In this document: positions 33,443 through 35,496 of the stretch, piece by piece
How positions within the stretch are numbered: the first letter of the stretch is position 1
Layout of the letters: every line of letters starts with the position of its first letter
From: an uncultured Candidatus Peribacteria bacterium
GTDB taxonomy: Bacteria > Patescibacteriota > Gracilibacteria > UBA1369 > LOWO2-01-FULL-3
Length of the DNA stretch: 35,496 bases
Direction: 5' to 3'
Assembly (NCBI GenBank): GCA_964385295.1
Contig: CAYLOL010000002.1
Coordinates: 1-35,496 of the forward strand
Notes under the pieces: generated by a model
Database searches by the model: none
What the model saw: the letters and a program-made list of their open reading frames with translations, nothing else
Told to the model about the DNA's origin: nothing
Translations under genes and position numbers: made by a program

Positions 33443-34255
33443 ATGGATCTGAAAAAATTTGATTCGCGGCCGGTTGTGCTGCCTATCAAGAAAATTATAA
33501 AAGAGAACGAAACTACAAATACTTATATTTTTGAATATCCGCTTGGTGGTGCGCCGGGACAGTTTGTGATGATGTGGATTCCTGGGGTGGATGAGAAGCC
33601 TTTTTCGATTGCGTATGACAATGGGAATGAGGTTTGGCTGACGATTTGTAATGTGGGGGCGTCGACTGAGGAATTGTTCAAATTGAAAGGGGGGGATAAA
33701 GTAGGAATTCGCGGACCGATGGGTACTCAATATGAGATGGAGGATGGAGAGCATATTGTGACTGTGGCAGGAGGATATGGAGCTGCGCCTATGTATTTTG
33801 CGGCGAGGGAAGCTGTCGATAAGGGATGCAAAGTTGATTTTATTGTTGGGGCTCGAAATAAAGATTTGCTTTTGTTTATTGAACGGGCAAAAGAGTTGAA
33901 AGATGTTGAAGTTCATATTGCGACTGATGATGGTTCGGTTGGGGAAAAGGGATATAATACTGTTGTTTTGGATAAAATTTTGGGGAATGGTGGAGCGGAT
34001 CGTGTTTTTGCGTGTGGACCAGAGGTGATGGAGGATGCTGTAGGAAAGGTTTGCGAGAAACATGGTGTGAAGTGTTGGGTTTCTGTCGAAAAATATATGA
34101 AATGTGGCATAGGTGTATGTGGGCAATGTGCGATAGATGATACGGGAGAATTGGCTTGCAAGAAGGGCCCTGTGATGAGTTATGACTATTTAAAAAATCT
34201 ACCTGAATTTGGCGTGTATCATCGTGATGCTCAGGGTAAAAAACATAATTTTTAA
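33443..34255 (+). CDS. pyrK: Dihydroorotate dehydrogenase electron-transfer subunit (FAD, 2Fe-2S)
   Basis: The FNR-like N-terminus has GQFVMMWIPGVDEKPFSI and VAGGYGAAP. The C-terminal cluster motif is CGIGVCGQCAIDDTGELACKKGPV. Confidence 0.9.
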   Translation: MDLKKFDSRPVVLPIKKIIKENETTNTYIFEYPLGGAPGQFVMMWIPGVDEKPFSIAYDNGNEVWLTICNVGASTEELFKLKGGDKVGIRGPMGTQYEMEDGEHIVTVAGGYGAAPMYFAAREAVDKGCKVDFIVGARNKDLLLFIERAKELKDVEVHIATDDGSVGEKGYNTVVLDKILGNGGADRVFACGPEVMEDAVGKVCEKHGVKCWVSVEKYMKCGIGVCGQCAIDDTGELACKKGPVMSYDYLKNLPEFGVYHRDAQGKKHNF

Positions 34256-34264
34256 TCTATTAAT

Positions 34265-34909
34265 ATGTCGTTAGCAAAACAAGTTGCTGAAAATTTACTG
34301 AAACGTGAGGCTGTTATTATTCGCGTTGATCCACCTTTTGAATGGGTTAGCGGGATTAAGGCTCCGGTTTATTGCGATAATAGAAAAATGATTTCGTATC
34401 CGGAGGAGAGAAAGGTTGTTGTGGATGGGTTTGTGGCGACTATTAAAGAAAAAGGCTTGAATCCTGACGTTATTGGCGGGACTGCAACTGCGGCTATTCC
34501 GTGGGCGGCATTTGTTGCTTATGAGATGGGATTGCCTATGATTTATATTCGGCCAGAGAAGAAAGATCATGGTGCGGGGAAGCAGATAGAGGGAAGTTTG
34601 GAGGGGGGGAAAAATGTTTTGATTATTGAGGATCTGATTTCAACTGGAGGTTCGAGTGTGAAGGCGGCGGAGGCTGTGAGGGAAGAAGGAAAGTGTACTG
34701 TGACTGATATTTTCGCGATTACGACTTATGAGTTTGGAAAGGCGAGTGCGAGGTTTGAGGAAGCAAATATTAATCTGACTACTCTTACGAATTTTACGGA
34801 GATTCTTAATGTTGCTGCGGAGATGGGGAGTATCTCTAGAGATTTGGTTGAGACAATTTTACAATTCAGAGAAGATCCACCAGCCTGGTGGGATAAATTT
34901 AATTCATAA
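34265..34909 (+). CDS. pyrE: Orotate phosphoribosyltransferase
   Basis: Contains the PRPP-binding loop VLIIEDLISTGGSS and typical OPRTase N-terminal motifs (SGIKAPVYCDNR). Confidence 0.93.
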   Translation: MSLAKQVAENLLKREAVIIRVDPPFEWVSGIKAPVYCDNRKMISYPEERKVVVDGFVATIKEKGLNPDVIGGTATAAIPWAAFVAYEMGLPMIYIRPEKKDHGAGKQIEGSLEGGKNVLIIEDLISTGGSSVKAAEAVREEGKCTVTDIFAITTYEFGKASARFEEANINLTTLTNFTEILNVAAEMGSISRDLVETILQFREDPPAWWDKFNS

Positions 34910-34920
34910 ATAAATGTATT

Positions 34921-35496
34921 ATGGCTAAGAATTTTACAGATAAATTGGTAGAGGCGGTAAAGCTGAAAGGTAATCCTATATGCGTGGGGTTGGATCCGAG
35001 ACTGGAGTTGATTCCGGGATTTATTAAAAGAGCGGCAATTGAGAGAAGTGATGGAACGCCGATGGCTGCAGCTGCCGATGCTATTGTGGCTTTCAATAAG
35101 GGGATAATTGATGCGGTGGAGTCGATCGTGCCTGTAGTGAAACCGCAGATTGCTTTCTATGAGATTTTTGGACATGAGGGAGTGCGAGCTTATGAGGAAA
35201 CATTAAGATATGCAAAATCGAAGGGGCTTATCACTATTGCGGACGCGAAGAGAAATGATATTGGTTCTACTGCTACTGCTTATGCACAGGCTTTTCTTGG
35301 AGAGACTGTGATGTTCGAAAAGGAGAAGGAGGTAGTGTTGCCGATGTTTGATGCGGATAGTATTACCGTGAATGCTTATCTTGGATGGGATGGAATAAAG
35401 CCATTTGTTGAGGAATGCAGGAAGTATGATAAGGGGATTTTCTCACTTGTGAAGACTTCAAATCCGAGTAGTGGGGATTTGCAGGATCTTGAATTG
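34921..35496 (+). CDS. pyrF: Orotidine-5'-phosphate decarboxylase, type 2; 3' partial, runs off the window
   Basis: The frame is open from the ATG at 34921 to the window end (192 codons) and is not in the supplied track. Contains ICVGLDP, VKPQIAFYE and ADAKRNDIGSTA motifs typical of long-form PyrF. Confidence 0.9.
   Translation, partial: MAKNFTDKLVEAVKLKGNPICVGLDPRLELIPGFIKRAAIERSDGTPMAAAADAIVAFNKGIIDAVESIVPVVKPQIAFYEIFGHEGVRAYEETLRYAKSKGLITIADAKRNDIGSTATAYAQAFLGETVMFEKEKEVVLPMFDADSITVNAYLGWDGIKPFVEECRKYDKGIFSLVKTSNPSSGDLQDLEL

Noticed and set aside
1-35496. I looked for an alternative genetic code (UGA as a sense codon) and for CRISPR arrays, rRNA, or transposase and integrase genes.
   Set aside because: TGA ends several conserved genes at their expected lengths (both transketolase subunits and rpe). 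I saw no regularly spaced direct repeats and no rRNA-like or mobile-element coding sequences.

Overview
This 35.5-kb window looks like ordinary chromosome from a low-GC bacterium. Hand counts of sample stretches give about 40% GC. The standard genetic code applies, because TGA ends several conserved genes. I found no rRNA, CRISPR array, transposase, integrase or recognisable defence genes.

Gene content, left to right:
- A large hypothetical ORF runs in from the left edge.
- Plus-strand sugar-phosphate and nucleotide block: ndk, a split transketolase (N and C subunits), a small membrane ORF, prs, rpiB and rpe.
- A convergent tRNA-Arg(GCG).
- A GC-shifted small membrane-anchored ORF.
- An inositol-monophosphatase-family gene with a small coiled-coil ORF, then uvrB.
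- A long minus-strand run: a DnaQ-exonuclease/DinG-like fusion, a GT4 glycosyltransferase, an erythrin-VIT1 (MbfA-like) iron transporter, a putative lipoprotein, a LemA-DUF2207 pair and a hypothetical ORF.
- An orphan plus-strand transcription unit of unknown nature at 18.67-19.04 kb.
- A hypothetical protein with a peptidoglycan-binding domain plus a 60-aa partner.
- A 751-aa protein with C-terminal SLH domains.
- A dispersed pyrimidine cluster: carA on the minus strand, then pyrB, pyrC, pyrD, pyrK, pyrE and pyrF (3' partial). It is interrupted by a second GC-shifted small ORF, a 522-aa secreted repeat-module protein, a 948-aa protein with N-terminal SLH domains and a poly-Asp array, and an unknown 171-aa ORF between pyrD and pyrK.

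Most housekeeping genes have no Shine-Dalgarno motif, and several have near-consensus sigma70-type promoters. The split and truncated transketolase, the degenerate DinG helicase and the SD-poor starts fit a reduced-genome uncultivated lineage (CPR/Patescibacteria-like), but that is inference only.

No clear multi-gene novel system stands out. The most unusual items are:
- the orphan promoter-to-terminator unit at 18666-19044;
- the two compositionally foreign single-gene cassettes;
- the pseudo-helicase DinG fusion;
- the truncated transketolase C subunit;
- the unknown ORF embedded between pyrD and pyrK.
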